Shown: positions 62,460 to 64,000 of the stretch, piece by piece | Numbering within the stretch: the first letter of the stretch is position 1 | How the letters are laid out: each line of letters opens with the position of its first letter | Source: Gammaproteobacteria bacterium | GTDB taxonomy: Bacteria; Pseudomonadota; Gammaproteobacteria; Ga0077536 | Direction of reading: 5' to 3' | DNA length: 64,000 nucleotides | Assembly (NCBI GenBank): GCA_030833185.1 | Contig: JAURHQ010000001.1 | Location: 27,250 to 91,249 of the forward strand | Notes under the pieces: model-generated | Seen by the model: the letters and a program-made list of their open reading frames with translations, nothing else | Told to the model about the DNA's origin: nothing | Databases searched by the model: none | Program-made: the position numbers and the translations under genes

Positions 62460-63728
62460 ATGGCCATTCTTGTTTTTGGTGTTAACCACCGCACCGCGCC
62501 GATTGATGTGCGCGAGCAGGTGGCGCTGGACGCCGGGCAATTGCCGTCGGCGCTGGCTGGCGCGCTTGAAGCGGCGGGCAGCGCTGAGGCCGTTATTCTG
62601 TCGACCTGCAACCGCACGGAGTTTTATCTGGCGGGCGAGCACTTGTCGCAGGAATCCATGCGGCGCTGGCTAGTCGCCTTCAAGGACCTCGACCCCTCGG
62701 CGGTCGGCGGCCATTTCTATGCGCTGGAAGACGCGGCCGCGGTCCGCCACGCCCGGCGCGTGGCCTGTGGACTCGACTCCATGGTGCTGGGCGAGCCCCA
62801 GATTCTGGGTCAGCTCAAACAAGCCTATGAAACCTCCGTCAGCGGCAAAGCGGTCGGCAAGACGCTGGGCAAGCTGATGCAGTACGCCTTTTCGGTGGCC
62901 AAGAAAGTGCGTACCGAGACCGCCATCGGCCAGACACCGGTCTCGGTGGCCTATGCGGCGGTTCGCCTCGCGCGGCAGATCCACGGCGACCTGGGCACCC
63001 GCACCGCGCTGCTGATTGGCGCCGGTGACACCATCAGCCTGGTGGCCGCGCATCTGCGCCGGCAGGGCATCGGGCGGATGATCATCGCCAATCGGACCTT
63101 CGCCCGATCAGAAGAGCTCGCGCGCGAGGTCAACGCCACCGCCGTGCCGTTTACGGAGCTCGCGCAGCATCTGCCGGCGGCGGACATCGTGGTCACCTCC
63201 ACCGCCAGCCGACTGCCGATCCTCACCCGCGATGCGGTGCAGGCGGCGGTCAAGGCACGGCGCTATGCGCCGGTTTTCATCGTGGATTTGGCCGTGCCGC
63301 GGGATGTCGAACCCGCCGTCGCCAAACTGGACGATGTCTACCTCTACACGGTGGACGACCTGAATAACGTCATCACCGAAAACATGGAACTCAGGGCCGC
63401 CGCCGCCGTGCAGGCCGAGGAGATCGTCAACCTGCACGCGCAGGGCTTTCTGGACTGGCTGCAGTCGCTGGACGGTAACGCCACCATCGTGCGCTATCGC
63501 GAACAGGCCGAAGCCGTGCGCGAGGAGCTGCTGCAGAAAGCCCAGGCCAGACTCGCGAAGGGCGAAGACGCCGCCGCCGTGCTCAAAAGCCTGGCGCATG
63601 GGCTGACCAATCGCCTCATTCACCCCCCTACCGCCAAAATTCGTGAAGCGAGCATCGAGGGTCGTCAGGAGCTGGTGCTGGCCGCCCGCGAACTGCTGGG
63701 CCTGGACCACGCCGGAGATCCCGAATGA
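62460..63728 (+). CDS. hemA: Glutamyl-tRNA reductase.
   Basis: MAILVFGVNHRTAPIDVREQVAL, the catalytic Cys region STCNRTEFY, and the NADPH site GAGDTISL. Confidence 0.9.
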   Translation: MAILVFGVNHRTAPIDVREQVALDAGQLPSALAGALEAAGSAEAVILSTCNRTEFYLAGEHLSQESMRRWLVAFKDLDPSAVGGHFYALEDAAAVRHARRVACGLDSMVLGEPQILGQLKQAYETSVSGKAVGKTLGKLMQYAFSVAKKVRTETAIGQTPVSVAYAAVRLARQIHGDLGTRTALLIGAGDTISLVAAHLRRQGIGRMIIANRTFARSEELAREVNATAVPFTELAQHLPAADIVVTSTASRLPILTRDAVQAAVKARRYAPVFIVDLAVPRDVEPAVAKLDDVYLYTVDDLNNVITENMELRAAAAVQAEEIVNLHAQGFLDWLQSLDGNATIVRYREQAEAVREELLQKAQARLAKGEDAAAVLKSLAHGLTNRLIHPPTAKIREASIEGRQELVLAARELLGLDHAGDPE

Positions 63729-64000
63729 AAGACTCACTGCTGCGCCGGCTGGAACAGCTGACCGAGCGCCGCGAAGAAATTGATGCCCTGCTGGCTACCC
63801 CGGAAGTCATCGGGGTGCAGGACCGCTTTCGCGCCCTGTCGCGGGAACGCGCCGAAATTGACCCGCTGGTGCGCGCCTTCGGTGATTTCCGGCGAGTCGA
63901 AGCCGCCTGCGCGGAGGCGCTCGCCATGCAGCAGGACGAAGACCCCGAACTGCGCGCGATGGCCGATGACGAACTGGCCAGCAGCCGCGAGCGCCTCGCG
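63725..64000 (+). CDS. prfA: Peptide chain release factor 1, N-terminal part; continues beyond the window.
   Basis: MKDSLLRRLEQLTERREEIDALLATPEV matches the RF1 N-terminus. ATGA overlap with hemA. Confidence 0.85.
   Translation, partial: MKDSLLRRLEQLTERREEIDALLATPEVIGVQDRFRALSRERAEIDPLVRAFGDFRRVEAACAEALAMQQDEDPELRAMADDELASSRERLA

Overview
This is a high-GC (about 67-68%) chromosomal segment from a gammaproteobacterium whose gene order closely follows Pseudomonas and E. coli core neighbourhoods. I found no transposases, integrases, CRISPR arrays or phage genes.

In order, the window contains:
- an entericidin-type lipoprotein gene;
- a cytochrome c peroxidase family gene that is interrupted by an in-frame TGA, convergent with an Nramp (MntH-like) transporter gene;
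- an MBL-fold hydrolase, a DUF455 ferritin-like protein, a secreted alpha/beta hydrolase and an RDD protein;
- lptG divergent from pepA-holC-valS;
- cysE-iscR followed by a complete suf operon (sufA, sufB, sufC, sufD, sufS and a DUF59 SufT-like gene), with an E. coli-like IscR type-1 box upstream of iscR;
- ndk-rlmN-pilF-rodZ-hisS-yfgM-bamB-der, with ispG absent from its usual slot;
- on the opposite strand, dapA-bamC followed by an MBL-fold hydrolase, divergent from gcvR;
- a PIN-PhoH (YlaK-like) ATPase gene followed by a tightly overlapping CHAD-domain / orphan ParA-like ATPase / queG operon;
- rpe-gph, a SnoaL-like gene, and a TetR / hypothetical / nitroreductase trio;
- purC and ubiI-ubiH-pepP-ygfB, divergent from a small coiled-coil gene, zapA and a clearly recognisable 6S RNA (ssrS), followed by an EVE-domain gene;
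- a TonB-dependent receptor, a Baeyer-Villiger monooxygenase, a Rieske oxygenase alpha subunit and a LuxR-type regulator;
- ychF-pth-rplY-prs-tRNA-Gln-ispE-lolB and a TPR lipoprotein, divergent from hemA-prfA (prfA runs off the window end).

The points most worth follow-up are the CHAD/ParA/queG operon, the nonsense-interrupted peroxidase, and the receptor/oxygenase/regulator island.
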